From: Eledone cirrhosa
Lineage: Eukaryota
Direction: 5' to 3'
Assembly: GCA_964016885.1 (NCBI GenBank)
Contig: OZ024740.1
Coordinates: forward strand, 301,878,001-301,942,000
Length of the DNA: 64,000 bases
Below, piece after piece: positions 1 through 11,789 of the stretch. Each line of letters opens with the position of its first letter. The stretch's first letter is position 1. The notes under the pieces are model-generated. The model ran no database searches and was not told where the DNA came from. It saw only the letters and a program-made list of their open reading frames with translations. A program made the translations under genes and the position numbers.

Positions 1-380
1 GGACACCCCGTCTCCCTCTCCCCACTCCACCCGCCACCACCCCTACACACCCCACATCCTTCCACCACCTGTTTTACCCCTTTTTAATTTCAGTTTATTT
101 TGATCATGCTTTTATATTTAATTTTATTTCATTCCTTGTATTTTGATCATGCTTTATTTTTATTTTTATTTTTAATTTCATTCGCACGGTTTCCTTTCGC
201 TATATGTCTCTCCACCACTCCCCTACACACCCTTTGAACTCTATTCCCACACACTTGTCACCTGAGGAAGGCCTTATGCCCGAAACGTCGTTCCCCACCA
301 CCACCCACTCTCCAGAGCGTGAAATTAATAAACATTCGTTGTACTGCCTCTCTGTTTTGTTCCTGTTCAAATGTTTCCAC
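1..380 (+). mobile_element. PLE pseudo-LTR-like fragment with degenerate hammerhead (262-292)
   Basis: CTGAGGA-aGGC-cttat-GCCc-GAAAC core, followed by AATAAA. The same layout and similar sequence recur at about 56960-57255. Stem I is not paired. Confidence 0.55.
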
Positions 381-422
<42 letters not shown>

Positions 423-531
423 CATGTGTCTTTGCGTGTGTGTGTGTGTGTGTGTATTCATTCATTATATTAAGGCCGAATAGTGAGTCTTGTTACTATG
501 GTGTTTCACATGATTATCACAGGGTCATTAT

Positions 532-1144
532 ATATATTAATAAAAGTAATTCCAACTTTGTCTGTTTTACTCGTTTTATTTACAATCCTTTAAAATTTAT
601 AATGGTATTAGAATGAAATAGTATGGTAGAATATTAAATGTTAAGTGTTAATTGAACAAGTACTTTCATGCTTTCGCAATCTTCAGGTTCTTATTCTGTG
701 GTGACAGTCAAGTTTGCAATTTTCAACTGTAATGAGATGGGTAAATGTTGTGCCTTATATACAGTGAAAAGCGGCTACAGAATGCTATATTTGGCAAACT
801 TTATTTCGACCAATCGGTGTGTAGTTTCACTGGATTACTAAAGCTGATTGGTTGAGCATGTCTAACGACTACTATTTGACCTTATCCATAGCATCAATTG
901 TTTTGATATTTTTAGAAATGATGAAAATAGCATTTTCTAGTAATCATCACCATTAACATCACTTGTATTATTATTATTGTTGTTATTGTTATACAACAAT
1001 AATAACAACAACAACAGATACTTGTTCAATTAACACTTAACATTTAATATTCTACCATACTATTTCATTCTAATACCATTATAAATTTTAAAGTATTGTA
1101 AATAAAACGAGTAAATCAGACAAAGTTGGAATTCCTTTTATTAA
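532..1144. repeat. Inverted repeat (about 125 bp arms, 532-662 / 1019-1144), PLE pLTR fold-back type
   Basis: The arms are near-exact reverse complements by eye. The left arm abuts the HHR at 654-690. Confidence 0.85.
654..690 (-). ncRNA. Minimal type-I hammerhead ribozyme
   Basis: Reverse strand reads GAAC-CTGAAGA-tTGC-gaaa-GCAt-GAAA-G-ta-C-TT-GTTC. Stem I GAAC/GTTC, intact core, GAAA tetraloop in stem II, palindromic AGTACT stem III. Confidence 0.8.
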
Positions 1145-1200
1145 CATAATCTTCTATACACGATCATACACACCCGTGTATATTTATATATATATATATA

Positions 1201-2720
1201 TTAGAATTGGAGCTCTGAAATAGCAATATATATATGGATGTATATATAATGTATTTTGCAATACACTTTATGCTTAATTAAAAGCATTTTGAAGACCGTA
1301 AGCTTTGTTTTAAAGTAGTGACAAAGACGGCTTATCTCCCCTGTTTGATCAAAGTGAGTGAATTTGTCACTACTTTAAAACAATAGCTTACGGTCTTCAA
1401 AATGCTTTTAATTAAGCATAAAGTGTATTGCAAAATACATTATATATACAGACATATATATATTGCTATTTAAGAGCTCCAATTCTAATTTTTAATTTCT
1501 GCCTGACCAACAACCGCTCTGCATAATCAGCTCCTGATTATTTACTAGATTTCTATAAGAATATAACATCAATGATCTCAGCAAACAGGTGGGGTAGTTG
1601 GCCTTGATAAGCTTCAATCAAAGCGAAACAAGTCTTGTCGGCTTATCTCCCCTGTTTGCTGAGATCAAAGTGAATGAATTTGTCACTACTTTAAAACAAT
1701 AGCTTACGGTCTTCAAAATGCTTTTAATTAAGCATAAAGTGTATTGCAAAATACATTATATATACAGACATATATATATTGCTATTTCAGAGCTCCAATT
1801 CTAATTTTTAATTTCTGCCTGATCAACAACCGCTCTGCATAATCAGCTCTTGATTATTTACTATATTTCTATAAGAATATAACATCAATGATCTCAGCAA
1901 ACAGGTGGGGTAGTTGGCCTTGATAAGCTTCAACCAAAGTGAAACAAGTCTTGTCGGCTTATCTCCCCTGTTTGCTGAGATCCAAGTGAGTGAATTTGTC
2001 ACTACTTTAAAACAATAGCTTACGGTCTTCAAAATGCTTTTAATTAAGCATAAAGTGTATTGCAAAATACATTATATATACAGACATATATATATTGCTA
2101 TTTCAGAGCTCCAATTCTAATTTTTAATTTCTGCCTGATCAACAACCGCTCTGCATAATCAGCTCTTGATTATTTACTATATTTCTATAAGAATATAACA
2201 TCAATTATCTCAGCAAACAGGTGGGGTAGTTGGCCTTGATAAGCTTCAACCAAAGTGAAACAAGTCTTGTCGGCTTATCTCCCCTGTTTGCTGAGATCAA
2301 AGTGAGTGAATTTGTCACTACTTTAAAACAATAGCTTACGGTCTTCAAAATGCTTTTAATTAAGCATAAAGTGTATTGCAAAATACATTATATATACAGA
2401 CATATATATATTGCTATTTCAGAGCTCCAATTCTAATTTTTAACTTCTGCCTGACCAACAACCGCTCTGCATAATCAGCTCCTGATTATTTACTATATTT
2501 CTATAAGAATATAACATCAATGATCTCAGCAAACAGGTGGGGTAGTTGGCCTTGATAAGCTTCAACCAAAGCGAAACAAGTCTTGTCGGCTTATCTCCCC
2601 TGTTTGCTGAGATCAAAGTGAGTGAATTTGTCACTACTTTAAAACAATAGCTTATGGTCTTCAAAATGCTTTTAATTAAGCATAAAGTGTATTGCAAAAT
2701 ACATTATATATACATCCATA
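1201..2720 (+). mobile_element. Non-coding 316-bp tandem array (about 4.4 units) with 5' inverted partial unit; retrozyme or non-autonomous PLE-like
   Basis: Unit marker GCCTGA at 1501, 1817, 2133 and 2449 (316-bp period). 1201-1325 is the reverse complement of part of the unit. One HHR per full unit; flanked by (TA)n. Confidence 0.85.
1600..1643 (+). ncRNA. Hammerhead ribozyme, U3-A8 core variant (also 1916-1959, 2232-2275, 2548-2591)
   Basis: GGCC-TTGATAA-GCTT-caatca-AAGC-GAAAC-AAG-t-CTT-GTC-GGCT. All three stems pair and the triplet is GUC; the core is UUGAUAA instead of CUGAUGA. Confidence 0.8.
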
Positions 2721-2929
2721 TATATATATATATATAAACATATATATGGCCTCTACAACTTCATTCATACCTAATACAATTATAATTATATATATATATA
2801 TATATATATTATATTATATTCTCGGAATGTATCTTACATTGCTCGTGGAATACGATGAGATACAACCGGTCTGGCATCGATAAATATGCTGGGTCCGTCA
2901 ACTCATTATATATATATATATAAATATAC

Positions 2930-3085
<156 letters not shown>

Positions 3086-5932
3086 TGTATGAAACTAAAG
3101 TAAGAAAATAGGTGGGAATTCGCACGTAAAATTTAATTTGATAAATTGTACGAGCTTATATAAAAATACATTTCAGTATCCATATAATTGTATGCTGTGA
3201 GCGGCTGTATATAACATTTGCTCATATAAACAATGGAGATATGTTTCGCACATTATTGATAAAGTTTAATCTCTTCGTTCCGTTTGGCGTCATAGAAAGT
3301 TACACTGAAAATAATGAAACGTTAATGATTTTATCGGTGAGGAAAGAATGTATGAATCATGTTTTTTTGTTTCCATAAAACTGGAAATAAAAATACCTAA
3401 TGTAGAAAATGTTTTCATTACTTGCTATATATTGTCTTCTTTTAGTCAGTTATATATTCAGTGTTTGTGCTATATGAGCCGTTTCAGAAGAAAGGTTGGA
3501 TTCACTTTTGGAATATTATAAGAGAATCTACAGATATCAGAATTCTTGATTTATCTGGCCAATGAATGTTTTAATGCTATCATTTTTATATAGGGTCACG
3601 TGTATTTGCACACGCAGTCAGACGCTACTTGAATGCATGAATCACTAATTCAAGTTCTGTAGGTAAATAGATATACGAGCATTGTAAAATATGAAATGGC
3701 ATAAGCATAACATTGGGAATGTGTATACAAGAATGCATTACAGGAGATATATTGAAATAATAATATATGCCGGTCTTTTTAAATATATAATAATTTATTG
3801 CTGGTTGTCGTTGCGTATAGAAGAATGAGACTTCGTTATATACATTTAGAAAAAGGAAACATCTATGTATAAGGTATTTTGAAACACAGTATATTTACTA
3901 TATTACAGAGAGGACATATAGTGTCCTTTACATATTTCATATTCATTTGTGCAAAATCAATTGTTAGTGTAACAGATACATTTAATTGTCTTTCCGCTGT
4001 CGATTACAAAATCTTTACAACATTTGATGCGCTTATCTCGCTTTTAGATACAATGTAACGTGAGTATTAAGAATAATCAATTAGCCAGTCTATTCAAACA
4101 GAATGGATTAATTAGCCTGCTTTCCACACAGCTGAATAGTCTTCTGTGATATATTGTGAAGGAGCCATGAAGTAGGAGTTCAAGAACATAAAGCCTCTGT
4201 ACTGTTTCCAGGTTTTCAATACAGAATGATTTAACCAATATTATGAACGTGGCTTCCAAGCGCAGTTCCGCTCTACACCATATTTGCAAAAGATTTGACA
4301 TATTAGCTGCATAAATATAACTATAACATAAAGCACAGGACTACTATTATACGCTTGGAAAAACACCCCAACAATTTAATAATCATTTTGTTTACACATG
4401 TCTAAATTTCCGAACGCATTGATATTAATAATATATCCAAGCAGTGTCTCTTAACATATAATATATATTTATACATATGGCTATGTTTTCCCGTTTGTAA
4501 TTTTCTAATTCGAAATGGTTGGATATATTTTGAGAATTCTGCTGGCATGTCTACCAGATTGTGTGCCCATACAAGGACCTTCAGTAACATGAGTTAATAT
4601 TATTTACTGGCACTCTAGCCCTTAATGGATTAGACATATAATGATTTGCTTTCCAGTCGTAGTAATTATGTCATTTTGTTTATCGGGCCATCCTTTATCA
4701 ACGTATACTTTATGAGTGTAGTCTATATCATGATAAAGATTTGACTGCTATTTCTATAAAGTAGAACGCACTTGTAGAAGCTCCGTTTAAACGCCAACAA
4801 ATCCTGCGTCACACAATGACACCACGGCCCTTTGGGAATCATTGATACCGAGAGTTTCAAGGGGCGGAAACACAATTTCTTGCATTTACTTTTTAATTCT
4901 GTCAAGGACGCTAGCATGTATGGGAGATAGCACAGCGTATCTGCTACGTACGGAATGTATGAGAACTAATGAAAAACAGACCTGTCGTAGTTTCAGTTAC
5001 ATGTATAAATATACATACATAAACACTAATATAACAACAATTATTGTGGGATCATAGTCATCATCGTAAGCAAGATTGATGATGAGCAGTGGCAATGCCA
5101 TACACAATAACATATCACAACATATTATCTATATGTGTAATGAAATCTAAACTTAATATATCTAACATAAAATATATAGAATGTATAAACAGATGCATTC
5201 ATACATATTTATTATATCAGAAGATTAATAGATTTCAGCATCGACAGAACAAAGATATACTTATTCTGTGACAACTTCCTAATCACCAAAATATAGAATT
5301 TACCGAATAACCTTTTGCTCGGAATTCATTGAATGACTGAGAAAGATTTGAAGAACTGAAGCAGAGGAAATTGTTACAAATGTCATAATTATATCATTAT
5401 TATCGCCTTATCAACGCTAGCTCTAACAATCTTTTGACATTCATTAGTGAATTAGTGCATTATGTCTTTCTTAAAACGCTTCCGATTTACTTGACGCCGA
5501 TCAATTGTTTTCATTTAATGGTGGTTTTGAGAAATATTCAGAGATAGTATGTCTTTAATGATTTTCGCTTATAGCCAAATATCTTCCAATATAGTTCCAT
5601 CTATCAATACGATTCTATCATTTAACCAAACTGCATCGATTAATACCAATACAAGGTGGGGTTAATTGTATTCCTCCTAGTTATTTTTTTGAGCATCTGT
5701 GACGTGTAGCTTACAATTAATAACTTAATTAAAATAGAAATGTTATAAATATGTTGGATTCGAGGCGAGGTATTCTGTGAATAAAATTACTCTTAATGGT
5801 TCTATTTTGAGGTTTTAATGTCACGATATTAAAGCCTAGGACCCCGGAAGTTGTTTCAAAAGCCTTGCCTTAATTGTCTATTTTCTGGCTATCTGCTATT
5901 TATGTCTATTGTGCGTATATATATATATATAT

Positions 5933-6131
5933 AAGAAAAAGTATGACCCCGACGGCAGAGCTCAAGCCGTTTTCTACGGCTATTTCTGGACTCGGGTCCA
6001 GAAATAGCCGTCGAAACGGCTTGAGCTCTGCCGTCGGGGTCATACTTTTTTCTTATTTCCCACTCTACTACCCTAAGTATTGAGTACTCTGGTGCGTTAT
6101 GGTCCATATGGTTTCTTACCACAATTCCTTT

Positions 6132-6138
<7 letters not shown>
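5933..6138. repeat. About 120-bp near-perfect palindrome plus adjacent dispersed repeat
   Basis: 5933-6052 folds back around GGAC-tcgg-GTCC. The following 6058-6135 recurs in reverse complement at about 26881-26965. Confidence 0.85.
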
Positions 6139-6179
<41 letters not shown>

Positions 6180-6364
6180 CGCACAATGTATATATGTATG
6201 CGTATGCACGTGTGAATACTTGTTTTTTTATTTCTTTGCATTATTTTGTTTTTTTGTGTTGTGTGGGTGCTCTTTTAATATTTAATAATTTGGCACAGTG
6301 TCTTTACATTTGTCAGTGCTTATGGCTATGTTTGTGACTGGATGTTCTTACAGAAGGACAGAAA

Positions 6365-7015
6365 CATGCCCCCGTTAACAACTGTGTAACACAGTCCCTT
6401 TAGTTTATGAAGTAGACGGTACATCTACCCGACAAAACCAAAAACAGGTGGTCAAAACATTTGTAGGTATGGTGGAAAGCCAGATTACAGAAAGCTTTCT
6501 TAATCGCACACACCGTTTAGAAACACTGATAAACAATCGTCCACGAATTTCACAAGATATTATGGTCACTCAAAACTCAGGCGTAGATTATTCTATTCAA
6601 TGGAAAGTTCTGATCAAATCTAGGCCGTACGGAAATGGGAATTTGTCTTGTGGGCTGTGCAGTGAAAAGGAATAAAAGTACTTCAGAGATTACATAATAG
6701 TACCTGTCTAAATACATGATCTAATTTCTATAATCGATATCCGCACGCAGCCTAGAACTTATTACGTAACTAAAAAGGAGCCAGACTCATTTCTCCCGTA
6801 TGGACTCAAACAATTTTTATCCAAAGTGATCTTAATTATGTCCCCTAATCAGTCTAACTTGAGTTGGCCCCTTTGTCGGTGACCTTGAGCATGATCAACC
6901 AACTTAATATTGACTTCCGTCTTTTAGCTTCGAACCATATCTCGAGTTGAAAATCCTGAAGGTGAAACGCGTGTCCTCGAAAATAGTTTACTAACTGTTG
7001 TGGAATTAACTTACA
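6365..7015 (+). mobile_element. PLE 3' remnant (GIY-YIG endonuclease pseudogene + pLTR)
   Basis: ORF 6448-6675 contains KTFVGMVE...YSIQWKVLIKSRPY...CGLCSEKE, typical of PLE GIY-YIG C-termini and similar to 22079-22396. An HHR lies downstream. Confidence 0.75.
6942..6980 (+). ncRNA. Hammerhead ribozyme, U3-A8 variant
   Basis: TCGAG-TTGAAAA-tCC-tgaa-GGt-GAAAC-gcgt-GTC-CTCGA. Stem I is 5 bp with a GUC triplet; same scaffold as the C3-G8 HHR at 25606-25643. Confidence 0.7.
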
Positions 7016-7063
7016 CGGACACACACATATATATTTATATTAATATATATATATATAGAGAGA

Positions 7064-7349
7064 GAGTTGTACAGGAGCCACCCAAAAGTCAGTTCGAGAG
7101 TAGCACCGAGGATATTGAGTTTAGCTGGACATGCTCACCGGCATCCATAGTTCACACTGCACTCAGTGCTCCTGTGGGAGTCCCTGCATGGAGACACCGG
7201 AAGAGGGTGAACGAGGTTGACATATGTTGATGCCCTAAGGACAAACACTGGTCACTTGGAGACGCTGGACATGGCAACGATGATGAGTGACAGAGACCTC
7301 TGGAGAGAACTCTTCCATGGATCTCGGGAATTTTAACTGCCCTAGATAG
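7064..7349 (+). mobile_element. RTE-clade LINE 3' fragment
   Basis: Clearly homologous to 19370-19650 (GCTGGACATGCTCACCG...GGATCTCGGGAATTTT). Confidence 0.85.
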
Positions 7350-7740
7350 ATATATATTAATTTTCTTAATATTATTATTTAATAACGCGACGAAAGTGAT
7401 CTTGCTCCAACCCAAGTTATTTCAATGGATTACATTTTTACACGATATTATACTTCCTTTATCTTGCCCTATTCTTTTCTTTTTTTTCTCTTTCTTTCTC
7501 CCCCTTTTATCAGTCTCACGAGAATGCTGGTGCTATGAAAAGCAAAATACATTTCCATCTTCATCACATGCAATTCGGTGTGCCTCTTATGGCTCAATTT
7601 CTATTGTTATTGTTTTGTCTTTTCTTTGTTGCTTTATTTTCAAAAACAATTTTTTAAGGTTTCTCTTTCAAAATTTATTTTTCAGTTCTGGAATGTTTCC
7701 GTTCGTTGCCTTATCTCCGTTAGTTTCCCTTACCTTATTT

Positions 7741-7785
<45 letters not shown>

Positions 7786-7808
7786 GTGTGTGTGTGTGTG
7801 TGTGTGTC

Positions 7809-7866
<58 letters not shown>

Positions 7867-7879
7867 TGTGTGTGTGTGT

Positions 7880-7945
<66 letters not shown>
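7741..7945. repeat. (TA)n(TG)n compound microsatellite
   Basis: Directly visible. Confidence 0.95.
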
Positions 7946-7948
<3 letters not shown>

Positions 7949-9950
7949 GGTAAATATGTAACAACAAAGCAAAAAAAACAGTACAATGTGGATATATATC
8001 GCCTTATAAAAGAATTTATAATGAGAAATACAAGAGGAAATAGAAAAATAGAGGAAACTAAGAAAAGGAATAAACAGAAATATCATCTCGATGATGACAT
8101 TTGACTGCTGATGAAAATGATGTTAATTTTGTTGTGTCATAATTGTTCGGGCATTCCTTTTTTTCAGTTAGAAAATATTTCAATATATATATTTCTGGTT
8201 ACCACCACACCAATTTGCTCCATGTATTAACAGACAATTCAGTTGTCTCTGGTTGTATCTATCTCTCACTCTAACCGTTTCCGTATCTATATCCTTTACC
8301 AATATCCAATAATTCTCTGTCCGGTATCTCTCTCAACTTCCGTCGGTACCTATTCAATTCTGTTTATTGTTTTATGTTTCTATATGTGTGTTGAATACAT
8401 TTGTTTCTGTTTATTAATATTAATTTTTAATCAGTTAATTTAAATAATATTTCCTGTATAAAAAGACAGATTCTCTTTCAATGATTAGCGTTTATTTTCT
8501 CTATTATCAGACAGACATTATCTCAAGGATATTGAAACCAAACCTTTCTAACAAGGACTACACATAATAGAATCAAATTCCCAGTGTTACTGTCTACGTC
8601 TCTTTCAGGTGGAGCCTAAACCTGATGGTGAAGGGGTGGCCACCGGGATAATCGTGACCTGAGAATGATGACTTCCTCTATCGAGAGGTCACCTGCACCA
8701 GGCGGAGAATGGATCGTACATCGTAGTTGACCTCCTCTAACTTTGACGATTTTGCCTCGAGGCCGATTCTCCCCAATGCAGGAACAACCGATCGCATATC
8801 GTGGCAGACAGTCACCACGGTCCCGCCCAAGGTTAAAAGCGGTCGTGATTTGGTTTAACACGAGAACAAAGAGGAGGTGGCCCAAAGTGTCACCTTTATA
8901 ATCAACTTTTGTATGCCCTATTATCCAAATTTTTCATTCATCGTTTTCTTCCGTATGATCAGTCACTTGTTTAAAGGGAATGTTTCAACCTCATGCATCC
9001 TTTTCTGAAGTTAAATATGTACAATTACGAGTAGATAAAAGACACAACGTTGTAATTTCGAATCAACGCAATAGGGTTTGTTGCAAAACAAACTTTAATT
9101 TCGAGTATGATTGATGTTATGAGTTGATTTACATGAAAAGGACCTTTATGTGAGGTGTGTAAGCTTGCTTAGCCTGACCTCTACATCAGGAATTATACGA
9201 TAAGGTAGTACTATTTTTATCATTAGGTTTCTCACTATTCCATATTCGTATTGCAGTAGTTTAATCAAATTCACTTTTCTTCCTGGAGTAAAGAAACCGA
9301 AACCTATCCAGCCCACTAACGTATTCCGTTGTAAGTCTGAAGTGTACAATGCCTCACAAGCAAGATTTACCATCACGCATAACATTGGAAGCAACAGAGA
9401 GGCTTCAATAGCGCAATACAGTAAATATATTAAACTTAAATTCCATCATTATGAAATTGTATTTAATTGAATATATTTGATAAAATTGATTTCATTAAAA
9501 TAAATTCATATCGGTAAAAGAAGTAATATTTTAGTTTTCCCTAATACTACATTTACACTATTCCCTCAAGCTTATGCATCCCACACATTTCTGGAACTCT
9601 TCCATGACATTGGGATTACTTGATTAATTAAAATCGAGATTTTAATTATTCTGCCAAAAGAATTAAATCAAAATTTCATTTGGTATTTCTTCTTTGATGG
9701 GCAATATTTTATTGCACTAAAATAACACTACGACACCGACACAAACGATAAATATTATAAAATAATAAAGAAACAAAATAGTAATAATCTAAATCATTTG
9801 AAATATATCGATTATTGCTACGGTTATACGATGTATAAGTATGTGCGTGTGTTTATATATATTTATATATATATATATTTATATATATATATATATTTAT
9901 ATATAGTGACGAAACATAAGTCAATTGCATGAACTCATAATCATTTATTT

Positions 9951-10006
9951 ACTGCTATATATATTTCGATGATAGCCATTGAATGGCTATGACTTCATCA
10001 GGCAGT
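9951..10006 (-). ncRNA. Intact minimal type-I hammerhead ribozyme
   Basis: Reverse strand ACTGC-CTGATGA-agtc-ATAGCCAT-tca-ATGGCTAT-catc-GAAA-T-atat-A-TA-GCAGT. Stem I is 5 bp, the core is canonical and loop III is palindromic. Confidence 0.85.
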
Positions 10007-10873
10007 TAGGCATTTCTTAGATATGCCAGCTCTGTGTTTATAGTGTTGATCAACAATATATATATATAATTTCAGCGAGATCGCGTTCCGGCGGTGGGCA
10101 AAACAAAACGAAACGCAATCTTGGAGATATGCCGGCAAGCGCGCTCAGTGGACTAAGAAGAAACCAGAACAATTAAAATGTGTTATAAAGGCCAGATAAA
10201 ATGAAAACAGTAGTTGTGAAGTCAACAGCCACCGTAGCCGAAATACCGAACAATCTAAACAGGTTAACAATTAATTACCTGGACCTTCCCGGAAAGTGTT
10301 GCTAAAATCCAATGGTAGGTTTTGTGACTCCTAAATCAAGTATACTGTCTGCTTTCATTGTAAGCTTTTGGTATAACGATCGAAAAAGGTAGCCATTTCG
10401 TCAACACGGTTTCTATTCTCAGCAAGGGAGGTAATCCCGGTTTTTGACGGGTGCATTGAAAATGTATAAAGAAATTGCAAAAAACTGCACAAATCGAAGT
10501 AAGCTCACGACCGGGTTGTTTTTGAATAAACTTAAGCAATTAATCAGTCAATAGAATTGTTTAATTTAATTAACTAGATCCGGTAGATTAATACAAATAT
10601 AATTTCAGCGGCATCGTATTTAGGTGGTGGCCAAAACAAAACGAAATGCAATCTTCGTGACTATATATATGATAAAGTCTCCTGGTACATTAGAAATGGC
10701 CGGTGAAAACAACGGAAAAGCGAAAGAAACAAAGGTCAATCTCTTTCATCAGAATGTATCGATGAATCAGCCTATTGATTCATCGATACATTCTGTTTGA
10801 GTGCTTTGTGCAACCCTAATTGTAAATCATTTGCTTCGCCACCGCCATAACTTCGATTTTTCTAACGTACCAC

Positions 10874-10905
<32 letters not shown>

Positions 10906-10909
<4 letters not shown>

Positions 10910-11091
10910 GTTTCTACTGTTGGCACAAGGCCAGCAATTAACCAGTACATTACTGGAAGTTTATTTTATCGACCCCCATAAGGAAGAAAGGCAAAGTTAA
11001 CCTCGGTGGGATTTGAACCAGATCGTAAAGGGACGTAACTACGCTGGAAAGCATGTCTGACCCTCTACCAATACTGCCAATTCACCGCCCC
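10906..11091 (-). mobile_element. tRNA-derived SINE (octopus-type), near full length
   Basis: Reverse complement matches the 37721-37908 copy; B-box GGTTCAAATCC. Confidence 0.85.
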
Positions 11092-11106
11092 TATATATAT
11101 ATATAT

Positions 11107-11219
11107 AATTGTTTCTACGTTTTGGCACAAGGCCAGTACATTAGTGGTACTTTATTTTATCGACCCGGTAAGGATGAAATGCAAAGTTAACCTCGGCGGG
11201 ATTTGAACTCAGATCGTAA
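11107..11219 (-). mobile_element. SINE 3' half
   Basis: Same core and tail as the adjacent copy. Confidence 0.8.
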
Positions 11220-11789
11220 TTACACAAATATGTTTAGAAATAGCACCCCGTTCCGGGAAAAAACTTAGTGCAGACGCCCGAGAATTAGAAAAATTCCTTA
11301 TTGGAAATATTATAAGACTAAATAGAAAACTGAATAAACTAAAATATTTCCAGTAGCAACACACATGCTAGACTGTTGTGTATGTTAACTATTGAGGAGG
11401 TATAGTCGACTGACAGAGTCAGGCTCAATCTCACAGTCCTCTGCCAACATTCAGTAAGTTACTGTTACGTGTGTTGCCGGTATGATTGATGAAGTTAATA
11501 TTCTCCAAACAATAGGTGAGAGAGATATAATGCAGCTTTGATTTACGTGATCATACGTTTATTATTTAGATGGAAAATGTTATAGTTAAACCAGACAGAC
11601 TGTATTTGATGTAAGTTTTGGCGTCCATGATATGTTAGTGGCAATAAAAAAAATTAGATACAACTCAGCATTGAGCCTTGAAGAACTCTCCGCTAGTGAC
11701 TTAGAGGTTTCAGCCTTCCGCCCTATGTAGCTAGTCTGTAGTTTTACACAATAGACGGGGGTTATATCCTTCAATATTTATTATCCCAA

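Noticed and set aside
1201-2720. CRISPR-like array or repeated 80-85 aa minus-strand ORFs
   Set aside because: Units are wholly repeated with no unique spacers, the context is eukaryotic, and the ORFs lack motifs and a true ATG start.
2848-2900. Hammerhead-like CGATGA-GAT...ATC-GATAA
   Set aside because: Both core segments deviate and stems I and III are not convincing.
8600-9425. Candidate host exons (acceptor near 8609; open frame about 9227-9420)
   Set aside because: Splice-like signals exist, but there is no recognisable protein or consistent multi-exon chain; RNA-seq would be needed.
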